Origin: Trichoplax adhaerens
Taxonomy: Eukaryota; Animalia; Placozoa
Assembly: GCF_000150275.1 (NCBI RefSeq)
Contig: NW_002060943.1
Coordinates: 5,352,008-5,416,007, forward strand
Direction: 5' to 3'
Length of the DNA stretch: 64,000 nt
In this document: piece after piece, positions 53,427 to 64,000 of the stretch
How positions within the stretch are numbered: position 1 is the first letter of the stretch
Layout of the letters: every line of letters starts with the position of its first letter
The notes under the pieces: generated by a model
What the model saw: the letters and a program-made list of their open reading frames with translations, nothing else
Database searches by the model: none
What the model was told of the DNA's origin: nothing
Made by a program: the position numbers and the translations under genes

Positions 53427-56400
53427 ATGGATCTTCAATCGGGCATCGCAAGTGAGTATCCCATGCTATTTTTACACATTTGAAACGGAAATAAGCCATT
53501 CAATCATGATTGAAATCAGTCAGACGTAATATTGTCAATATTCTATCCGCTTATGTATGTTGAAATATCAATAGGGATAACACAATCAGTTGATTTGATC
53601 AAAATACGTACAGTAACAGTATGCACAGCAGAGAGTACTGCATGCGCGTATTGCAGGATGGGCATCACTGCATGCTGCAGCCAATGCCTGCTTAACTACA
53701 TAACAAGTGTAGCCTATCAACTTGACAATGTAGACTCAGAGTAATGGTTTAAACTACATTTTATCAAACTTTGTAAGCATTATTTTATGCCATTGATGCA
53801 GTATCTTGATAATAAGGGTAAATGATAATCTCGTTTTGCCCCTTTATCTACCAATATACACGATATACTTCCATGGACGTCGAATACAGTACTGTAGAAT
53901 AGACGCTATTTTACCGTTACAGTTGTACAAGACTACAAATGCAATACACTACAGCACTACTGTAGGACAACGCCAAATGGATAGCACATGCTGTTACTTC
54001 CTCTATATTATCCCATAAAATACGTGTATTATTACAAATACAACCATAGGAAATAGGTAGCAAGTGCTACTTGTGAAGTGAATCAATCCATTAATGACAT
54101 ATACGTCTATGGCTACGAGTAATTGAATGGAACTAAAAGTCAGACATGCAAACTTGGTCATGACGAGTGCAAGTCATGTATCGTTCTGTTACAAACAGGT
54201 TTTACTCCTACACAAATTACTATATAGTAGCATACAGGACTATCCTTGTGTATTTGACCACCTACAAACCAAAAACGGACACTATGATATTTGTTTTTAC
54301 AGTACAAGGTGAATGGAAAATCGTACCGTTTACTCAATTTTTATTCTAATTGTTACAGTTTCAACTATTCAGCAACACCAACAACAGCAATATACCACTG
54401 ATCAACCATCCATTTCGCCAACTTCCAACAGCAATTACCTACCACGATACTTGCTTGGTGGAGGAACGCCTCAAGGAAATGTATGTGCACTCATTTTACT
54501 TTTAGCGCGTCCGTAGAAGTAAATGCTTGGCACCGGTAACATTTGTTAACATTCTAGTACTGTCTATATTATTACAACTCCATTTCCAGTGCCGGAGTCT
54601 CTTACTTGAAAAATGACATAGTATTATTATTATAACTTTCGTCTCTTTGTCATCAGTTATACTGCACCATACACAACTGTAAGAGACAAGGTACAATAAT
54701 ATCGAAAAAATAGTGTTGCCTGATTTACTTTCATAACATCAAGATGTAACGATCATTACTTTACATGACGGTTGTAGCAGATAAGTATAACATTGTTTCT
54801 GTGGCGATGGGTTTAATAGAGTTCTCTTGTTATAGACACCATCACGGTATCATCAAAATACTGGCCATCCAACACGGAGAAACCTATCGCGTGAGAAAAG
54901 TACATTAACCAACAAAGACTCGTCATCACATAGAAATGCTCCATGGGTTACTGGCAAGGGTAATGGTAGTGGGTCAACTCCTTTTCGTAGCAGGCAAGTT
55001 GATGCTAACCATATCTGCTTTAAATTTACGATGAAAGCGCCGATAAAAAATATAGTACTCCCAATAGCATGTACCAAAATCAGACATCATCTAAAATAAA
55101 TCGATTGGAAGATAGCTTCCTGAATGGCAAACGCGTACGTAACATTTCGTATTCATAACAGCATCGATGTAACAACTATTTTCTTCTATCCGAATTATTT
55201 AATAAATTATTCTCAATGCTAACTGTGATAATATTTGCTGCTAATTTCAGGAGTCATCGTATGGACACCTTATGAGGAGTGACAACTTGAATGAAAGTCA
55301 GACGAGCGAGTTTATGAATGCGACACGAACTTCAATTTACGATTCCAGTAATATTTAATTTATTTATTATTAGTCATTCTTAGCTACGATAAATACTCAT
55401 TATGTATTTTATTGATTGATTTATGATAATCTTATATCCGTATATATTCTAATACTATGCAGCGGGAGTTCTTGGTCAGTCTTTTGCTTCTCAAGTATCT
55501 TCTCCTACTCAGATTGATCCTTTTTATACTCAAGGGTAAGCTTCCGATCACTGAAAAGAAATGTTTCTTTACTTTTTTCCAACGAAGGTTAACCTTGCAA
55601 AAGCAGTCTTAGATTCGTAATTAAAGCATTGATTGTCAAATTTTTCCATTTACAGAGAAGAAATTACTAGCGATGATGTATTTGATGAATGCTGGGTAAC
55701 GATATTTGGGTATGCATTAAGTTAAGATGAAAATACGGAAATGTACCGGGTGTAAAGTTCAGTTTTCTCTTAGCATATTGGAGATATCTTGACTAAAACA
55801 ATTATTTGTTATTTCTAGTTTTCCTCCGTCAGCTGCAACCTATATCCTAGAGCAATTTTCCCATTATGGCGTAATCGTAAAGCATGTGGTGAGTGTCATT
55901 AATGACTTCTGATGTGATAGTGTGAGGCATAAATATACTAAATTAGTGGTTATCCTTTACCAAACAGATGCTGGCAAATAGTAACTGGATGCATATTCAA
56001 TATCAATTTAAGATCCAAGCGAAAAAGGTGTGTAAAACTTATAAATTTTACCAGTTATATTTGGTCCTACCCAGTTGTATCTGATCCCTCCAATGCTAAC
56101 TGTAGGCTATAAGTAAATCAGGAAGGATATTCGGTAACGGAATAATGGTTGGTGTTCGACCGTGCATTGACAAGGTTTTTGTTATTCTATCTTTGAAAAT
56201 GATCCAAAATCGACTTACATTAACGTAGTGACACTATTATGGTTGCTTTATGCTAATACTAAAAATCTGTTTTATTATGCAGATTGCTATAATCGGTAAT
56301 CAAGAAATGTCTTCAACAATTCAAAGTCCGGACCCAGTTAATTCTAATATTTCAACACCAAAATCTGCTGCTGGAATTCGCCCACTGGTTGCAACTTATA

Positions 56401-56587
56401 GCGCAGTTAATAACCAAAATAAGGTTGTATTGATTATAATGTCGTTATGGAATTAGTAATTATATAATAAATTCTTAAATTTTTACTCTTTCCTTGATAA
56501 ATTTTTTAGGTCTCTGCAGAGGTTGATACTCCTCAAAAGAATGATGGTTTAATTGCTAAAGTAATGGAATATATGTTTGGATGGTAG
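53427..56587 (+). CDS. NUP35: Nucleoporin NUP35/Nup53 (MPPN RRM-like domain)
   Basis: [82 protein letters not shown]; C-terminal amphipathic helix LIAKVMEYMFGW* (TAG at 56585-56587). The first exon 53427-53451 is inferred from phase. Confidence 0.93.
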
Positions 56588-58628
56588 TGTGTGTTAAACA
56601 CAAATCAGTTAAACTATTTTATGACAAGTCGTAATGGTAATCGCTATTCAAACAACCAAAGCATTCATGATATACAGTTATGCACTATGCTTCTCTGACG
56701 TCCTGAGATCTTTTTACAATTAACGTAATAGCATATACAGTACTACGGGTACTATTAGCAAAACTAAAGCCTCGCTTAAAAGTGCAGCTATTAAGGCACT
56801 ATTGACTTGTACAAAAATATGAGTATATACTGTATACTTAGTTTCTGGCTTTATTGGTAATTATGTAGGAGAATTCTTAAATAGTGAAAATTAGCTTCTA
56901 AACACTGCGTACTTTCCTTTCTGAATTTTATAATTTTAGAAGGCAATTAAACGTACTAATTTTTCAACTTTCTAGTATGCCATCGAAATAGTCTTGGTGG
57001 CGTATATAAAAATCAATACATAGTAGTTTGGCTAGAATAAAACTGATTTCTTAAAATTACTAATTACAACGACGATATAATATATTGTAATTTATACCGT
57101 GAATTATAATTAACTATATTATTACCGTTAATGCGGTATCAAGATACAATGTATAAAGTAATGGATATACCTACTACTGTGAAATTAGTTCGTCAAGAAG
57201 AATTAATGCAACTCATGTAACTTGTCTTCCAAATTATTTTATATAAAACTAGTAAATTTTAAAACGTTATATGAATATTAACCATTCTGCAAAGTAATAA
57301 AGGAAATTACTATGACGTCATCTTTTTCTGCGTAAGGCTGTTTTTTGTTACAATTGTTGGCTTGCTTGAAGCTGAACTATTAGAATTTGTACTAATACTA
57401 ATCGGAATTTCCGTATTTCTACTATATGATTATACTTTTCGCTTAGTAGTTTCTGTTTTTTTTGGTACTGTACAGATACGTTACTATGCGAGCAATAACG
57501 CATACAAACTTTTGTCATGTCTTATTTCAGCATTTGCGTTGTAGCGATAGAACAAAGTCCTAGTTACCCTCTACTATGATCTAGTAGTCCATGCCTCTAC
57601 ATTGAATGAGGGACTAATAAACACTGCGTACAGTTAGTCTTATGCATAGATGCTACTTTGATACTTTCAACCTAAATATTACTTTAATTTATAAGGAAGT
57701 CTCCCATTTGATAGATTACCATATCTACTCACGTTATAACCATTTGAACACAGCCGTTAATCGTTAACAGATTTATTTATAATTTTCATAGCCTAATCAA
57801 AGTCATGATGAGTCTACAAATGCAAATATTAAGAGCCTTGCTACCGTAATAACCATTCCTGCATGTTTAATACTTTCTATTAGGACAGGTGGCGAGAAAC
57901 ATTTCGATAACACAGCCGCTATTCTTATAAAATGAATTGCAAGTGAGTCGCGGCATTTTTATTACATTTAACGTTGAATACTTGTAGAGCAATATAAAAG
58001 CATCAGATTATATACTCGTATACCCGCATATTCGTATATACGTATATGGTATATAAAACGAAGTAGTCTTAGACTTTTTTGATCAGTTTCAAAGGGCTAG
58101 CCTAACGTTTTAACAGTTCACAAAAACAAGACATTGCACACTAAAGTGCAATGGCAGACTTAATACGTACAGTATAGGGATATAATAGTACACATTTGCT
58201 ACATGGGATACAGTAATCAATTGAAATTATTCATCAGTCGAAGGTCAACTGTGCTATATACTACTGAACATAAGTTATCATTTACTGCAGTATAACATTC
58301 CAAATAGACCATTTTATTAAGTTAAGTTAAAAGGTTTATGCTGTATCAAATTTCATGCTATCCTTAGCATTTAACATAATTCGAAAGAAAAGTAGAATGC
58401 AAAGAATGTAATGGTTGCATCATGTGAGTATGCCAAACAACATCAAAATTGCAACTGTAGCCTTGCTATCATATCGCAGAGGCTAAGTAATGAAATTTGA
58501 CTAGTACAGCAGTTTGCAAATTCAGCTTAGATCGTTTCAATAAGGTGATTTAAAATTGTTATCTAATATTAAAACTTTCAAGTCTGTACAAATCAACGAG
58601 AGTCTCCATCAACGCAAATACGCAAAAA

Positions 58629-61600
58629 TTATTTCTTTCTTCCTCCTCTTTCCTTTAATTGTAACTGGATAACGGTTGCTGGGGTTACATTATAATAAGC
58701 AAGACTGAAGGAATCCTTGATGAAGATAGTCTAAGAATATCGGAAACAATATAGATAATTGTTGTGTTAATTAGATTTAAGTTAAAGGACACAACATCAG
58801 CAAAGCGTGCTGCTACTAACCCCAATTTGCAACTTTTGTTTTCCTGACGGCAATCCAGTTGATTCATGTATTTTCGTCTTAATAGTAGATATCTTCATAT
58901 AGTATTAGTTAAGTTAGCATATCGAATAATAGAGGAATATAATATCAAGTACAAATGTTGATATGAATTAGTCATAACCTGGTCTTTCAGAGGTAAATTG
59001 AATGATATCATCTGGCCATTTAGCTTCCATTCATTCTTTTCAGGTAAGGATGGTACTTGCACTTTGAACGTGACGAACGGCTAAAAAAGGTAATAGTTGT
59101 TACATCAGAAGCTAGTCTGTAGCATTAGACACAGGAAACTATTACGAACCGGATTTCTAGCCAAAAATTCTGCTTCAGGAGTAAGGCCTGTATCTGTGTC
59201 TGCTTTTAATTTCTTTTGTAATGGTTCTGCCTTATCTGGTTCACGAGTAGGTTCTGCTCTTGGACGTAGCATACCACTTGGTGGTCGTGGGGCAAAACCT
59301 CCTTGACCTGGTGGTGGAGGCTGTGGAGCTAACATAAAGCCGTGCCGAGGTGGCATCGGTACTCGTGGCATGTTTCCTGGATTTGCATGCGAAGGAACAC
59401 CGGGCGGTGGTGGGTGACTAAATGGAAGTGAAGTTGGCCTCATAGTATTATTTGATTGCATTGGAGTAATGCCTGGCGCAAAGGATTGCGGAGGAGGAGG
59501 AGGAGGTAGAGAACGAGGTAATGATGGCATAGACATAGGTGGACGTGGTAACGTGTTGGTACTCGATGTAGGTGTTGGATTTGACAAATGGGACAATTCA
59601 GTTGTCTTTGAAGTTACAGTCGGACCGATATTATCCTCTCCTTCCCTAGTAATACCTGCTGCTCTCTTTTCCGCCATTTCTACATCTTCAGTAGTAATAT
59701 TGGCTCGGGCAGCTCGAGTAACTGATCCCATACTTCCACTATGACCATCCCAGATAGCTTTTTGATCTTTTGCTTTAGCAATTTCATCTTCTCCAATCTT
59801 CTTACCGATGATGGTTTCTTCATCGGCCGCACCAAAGATATCGGTACGACGTGAAGCTAAATTCTTCAAATGATCACCTATATCACCACCAACGGCATAA
59901 ACCGCCAATTGTTCCATTCTTTCTTTCATCGACCGATCTCTATCACTACGCCATTCCGGATCAAGAAGACCATATTTCATGTGTTCGTCCATTTTGTCGA
60001 CAGGTACTTTCTCACCAGTCAATGGAGATATAAGGTATTGGGTAGTTGATTCAGATAGCTTTTTAGAAGATTTTGGATCATAATCTTTCTTAACGACAGC
60101 ATTAGCAACAGGAGGTAGTGGAGGTGGCATACTAGCGTTATCCGCTTCGGTGGGTGGAAGTGGGGGTGGTGAACTTTCCTGATCGTCTTCATCAACCTCC
60201 ATTTCAACTTCAGTAGTTCTTTGTTCTTCTTCATAACGTTGCTGTGCTATGATACGAATGCCCAATTCTTCCGGTGTTACAGGAGGTGGAAGATTGTCTG
60301 TGGCCATAAAAATGATAGAAAGAAAATATTTACAACGTTCATTAACGTCGCACAATCTGAAAATTCAATACTACTTGCTGCGTTCAACAATCAAACCTTT
60401 TTCGTCATCTTTAAATGGAACAGTTTCTACAACTACGAAGTCATGCCAATCAACTTGTGCAAATGCAACTAAAAAATATATTAATCATAATCATTTGTCA
60501 TATATGTAGCAGTATTGAAAGAATTCAAAATTAACAAGAGACTAAAAGGATTTATTTACTTCTCTCTCTATCTTGTTCTGCTTCTTCTTTTTGTCGCTGC
60601 TCTTCCTTGTACTTGCCCCAATTTACCGCATACTTTACGCGATCAAGTATCTAAACAGATACCGATATAAAATGCGGTCATTATACTTACGAGACTTTAA
60701 ACTCGGCATGTCAAATGAATCAAGCGAAAATGAATAAAAATAGCTTGTGATAAACATACATTAGACGAATCTCTGCAGTCTTCCTTTAATTTCTGTACAA
60801 TGTCTTTTGGAGGAATCAAAACATTGGTGTACTGCTCTACCAGTTTAGTGAAATATTGAAAGAGTGAATGTTGAGGCTTTAAAAAGTCGAACTGATAATT
60901 ATTGTGCTCGCGGCTCATTAAATTTGTTAAGAATTGGCGACCATTCCTGGCCACAAATAATGCTGTCAGTTTGACGAGATCCCTAAAAGATATACAACGC
61001 GCCAATATTCGATAGTATCATTAATATGAATTTAAGAACGAGAATTCTCGCACAGTCCGAATTTTTATGGTTTTATCTTACAGATCAAAAGCCGATATCG
61101 AAGGTGGTTCAGCTATAAATTGAGGAGCAGGTGGAGGATCTTTGGGTATAAATGTTTCAGTAATTTGCGATTGTATAGATTGTTGCTGTTTCTGCTGCTG
61201 TAGCTGATGCTGTTGTTGCTGTTCTTGCAAGGATAACGGTACAGGAGGTTCGGTGGTTGAGTTTCCTTCCCGAAAGTTTATTAGTTTATGTTGATAGTAC
61301 GCGTGATACGGATCATTTGAATTTAAGAAGTTAAATTTGGGATTATTTGCTTCATTATGACGTATACGAGTTTCAAATTCCAAACCTAGAAGCGACATAC
61401 AAATAAGATTAGAGCATAGCATTTAGTATAAATTCAAATTTAAACCTATCTTACAACAAAGTCGATTTTCACTACAGTACTAATGAACAAGTTGTGCTAT
61501 AGAAAAATTGTGAATGCAACTTTGAGTGTAAGAAAGCAGATTAACCAATATATACGTACCGTTTCGAGCCACAAAACTTGCCGTTTTATCAACGATATCT

Positions 61601-62635
61601 GTTGTTGGTTGGTGTCAAGGATCTAACAATGTTTTTTACGCCTCTAATATCAACTTTATCAATTTTTGCAGTAGTTACAATATAAGATATTACGTAATGG
61701 ACAACAATACGTTGACGTACATGGATAAATTACAAGAAGTATAAGATATATACGTATATCATTCACAACAATAATTTATAATTGCTGTAGAAAGGGTATT
61801 TTTGTGCTGCTTAGGTAGATGCTGTACACGTACATCGAACTACAGAGTGTATTGCTTTCAAATTAGGAATTTCAAAAAATGTTCTGAAATGCTTAAAATT
61901 GCAACGGCTTCTATTTGAAAGGTGCGGGTACTACAGCACTATATGTACAAGGTAAATTAGCTGTCAGTAGAATTTACAATACAAGCCAGTAAAGCGTCCA
62001 TTAACTTCAGATGGATTGATATAGTATACGATGGAGTATGTAGTGAAAATAGCAAGTTTGAATCAATTTGCTGTTATATCAGTTTTTCCAGTAAGGAAAA
62101 TTCAAATAGTATTGAGCTCAAAACAACCTAATTATACCCGTACAATTTATCTATGTCATTCTACTTTCGACACTGAGTCTCAGTGTCCAGCCAATTGTAA
62201 GTATCATTATGAAAATAGGAGATGGTTACATCTTGAACAGTACTGTTACATACACTACTCTACAGTATGATTACGTTAAGAGATTACACAAGATTGGAGT
62301 GAATGAATTTTCTACTACAGTAAAAGTGTTTTTTTAACGTATTATAAAACGTTTTATTCCTATTAAACAGGTAGTAATGGAATAAAAGTGAAACAATCTC
62401 TATACTCTCTAGCACCTACAAGGAGAAGTGGTCTAAGAAAAAGAAAGGAGCATTGGACTGTGTGACTGTCCTATCCATAATCATGTTGAATGTATAATAA
62501 TGAATGGTTGAAGAGGATACTGCGCACTTCTGGAGGCGGATAGATAATTCCAATGACGGGTTTGCTTGGCTCTTCTTCGATATTTTGCTCTCCATTGCCA
62601 TTAGTCTCAATTTGCGAAGCTTCTACACTCGGCAT
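58629..62635 (-). CDS. SF3A1: Splicing factor 3A subunit 1 (two SURP domains, PRP21-like region, Pro-rich region, C-terminal ubiquitin-like domain)
   Basis: IGIIYPPPEVRNIVDKTASFVARNG; KLTALFVARNGRQFLTNLM; AQVDWHDFVVVETV; LASRRTDIFG; C-terminus IKDSFSLAYYN...LKERGGRKK*. Exons 62635-62521, 61598-61560, 61385-61082, 60982-60760, 60650-60560, 60468-60397, 60297-59150, 59080-58979, ~58892-58821, 58730-58629. Confidence 0.96.
61599..62520 (-). other. Probable U12-type (minor spliceosome) GT-AG intron 1 of SF3A1
   Basis: 5' splice site GTATCCTC; branch site TCCTTGAC at 61621-61614, about 15 nt before the AG; no polypyrimidine tract (accaaccaacaacag). Confidence 0.8.
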
Positions 62636-62679
62636 TTTGCCAAACTGAAAAACGAAGCAGCTTCTCTCTCGCTCAGTGT

Positions 62680-63680
62680 ACAGTAGGCTACAGAAGACGT
62701 CAGTAGAGAAGTCGACCACGTTTACCGCGTTGCTGACCTTACAGTAGTATCATCTTCAGTGTGTGTCATTCGCTGGAGTCCGACGTCACAGTCATTATAC
62801 TGTACAGTACTGTATGGTTACAGTACAGTACAGTGTACAGTGTACGGTACGCTAGAAAGAGACGCAACAGAACAGGAAAACCCTTGTTTCTACTACAGTA
62901 CTTTATACTGTAGTATACGAATACTGTACTGTAATGTGGAGGCTGATTCTACAGTACATTTTACTGGTCATTTCAACTCTATCGCATGTTTGTAACAGCA
63001 CCCTACAGTATAACGTCCACGATCGCTATCCAAAATTGGCTGCTATTAGCCTGCTTAGCCTACTAAGCTTGGTTTTAAGCAATATGGTCTACAGTTTCAT
63101 CGCTAGCTTATAGTAGAATGCGTAAAAAAGTGGTAAACCTCTACATTATTTTGCACTGAAGCCGTTTCGTCGCTTCTTTTTAGATAGTAGTCCATAGTGC
63201 TGCCATATCCATTGCGACGTTGGTGACACCGGCATACTGTGCAGTACACTGTGCAAATGTGTACATCACGGCAGTGACGAGTGACTGTTTACGCGTAGTA
63301 CAGTAGTGTCACAACCCAATCGCCACGATCGTCACATTATTGTATCACACATACAGTATGACAGTAAACTGTATTCATGTAGTATTACTACAGTAGTACG
63401 ACGGCATGTTTGAGTATCATGGCACTGCCTACTTGTACAGTGTACAGTACAAATAAGAGGCCTTTCTTTACAGTGAAATACTGTACTGTACTGACTATTG
63501 ACTGAACTGTAGTGCCATTGCTGTTGGTACTGTATAACGTCCGTGTTTACCGTTGCTAGTACTGTTGTAGTCATCAATACTGACGTCTGTACAGTATTGA
63601 GCTGAGTACTCACTTACTGGGCTACTGAGTATAGTGTAGTACGTACATACAGGAGGACGTATGTACTGTACCGTCAACGT
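62680..63680. promoter_or_regulatory. ACAGT/ACTGT-rich promoter-proximal region upstream of SF3A1
   Basis: Dense tacagta/tactgta motifs and higher GC immediately 5' of the SF3A1 ATG. Confidence 0.55.
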
Positions 63681-64000
63681 CAAGGTTTATTTGTCACGGG
63701 AGAAACCTTCCCAACGTTATTCTCCAGCGCTAAGCATTGGCACGCACAACATTTCTTTCTGTGGAATATTGGTAGTTTAATGAATCTCTTCTTTCAAGCA
63801 TAAATCGATCATAACGTTGTAAGCGTCGACGTTAATACATGTCGGAGCAACCTCTTAGTGTTAGAGGATTACAGTATCGATTGGAATCATCGTACGGTGT
63901 CTTATTTTCGTCCTAATCATAACGAGAAATCCTGTGTCAAGATCGGAACAGATTTGGTTTCGCAGCCTTCTTGGTACTTTTTGATTGTAGCGTAAGCTCT

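Noticed and set aside
52639-53455. Short ORFs rich in YSTV/VLYC/TVQY (also at 18948, 19399, 27591, 62759, 63332 and 63495)
   Set aside because: They are translation artefacts of ACAGT/ACTGT pentamer repeats.
3508-60509. Antisense or alternate-frame ORFs overlapping real exons (e.g. 3508, 7421, 21335, 22520, 37176, 38494, 59469)
   Set aside because: They are shadow frames of coding exons with no recognisable protein features.
63680-64000. Start of a further gene at the window end
   Set aside because: It follows a promoter-like ACAGT cluster, but the frames examined close quickly and nothing is recognisable, so no call is supportable.
1-64000. tRNA, rRNA, snRNA genes or autonomous transposons
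   Set aside because: None recognised by eye and no transposase or reverse-transcriptase motifs in the ORF track; small intronic RNAs cannot be excluded without a covariance-model search.

Overview
AT-rich, intron-dense eukaryotic DNA from a compact animal genome. Short GT-AG introns, the gene content and dense ACAGT/ACTGT pentamer clusters suggest a placozoan (Trichoplax-like); this is inferred, not verified. Six spliced genes were reconstructed by hand from splice sites and reading-frame phase. (1) A 15-exon minus-strand gene (15164->3492, about 2,900 aa) joins an N-terminal Sec14/CRAL-TRIO domain and spectrin repeats (SESTD1/Trio-type) to a 6-kb single-exon low-complexity region and then, by an in-frame splice, to a complete divergent actin fold. 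The others are (2) kinesin-2 KIF17, (3) CNOT4, (4) CABIN1, (5) NUP35 and (6) SF3A1, which has a probable U12-type first intron. Non-coding features include a five-copy ~200-bp tandem array and a duplicated 12-bp hairpin between KIF17 and CNOT4, RFX X-box/CRE motifs upstream of KIF17, and ACAGT clusters at gene 5' ends. The most notable item is the Sec14-spectrin-IDR-actin fusion gene.
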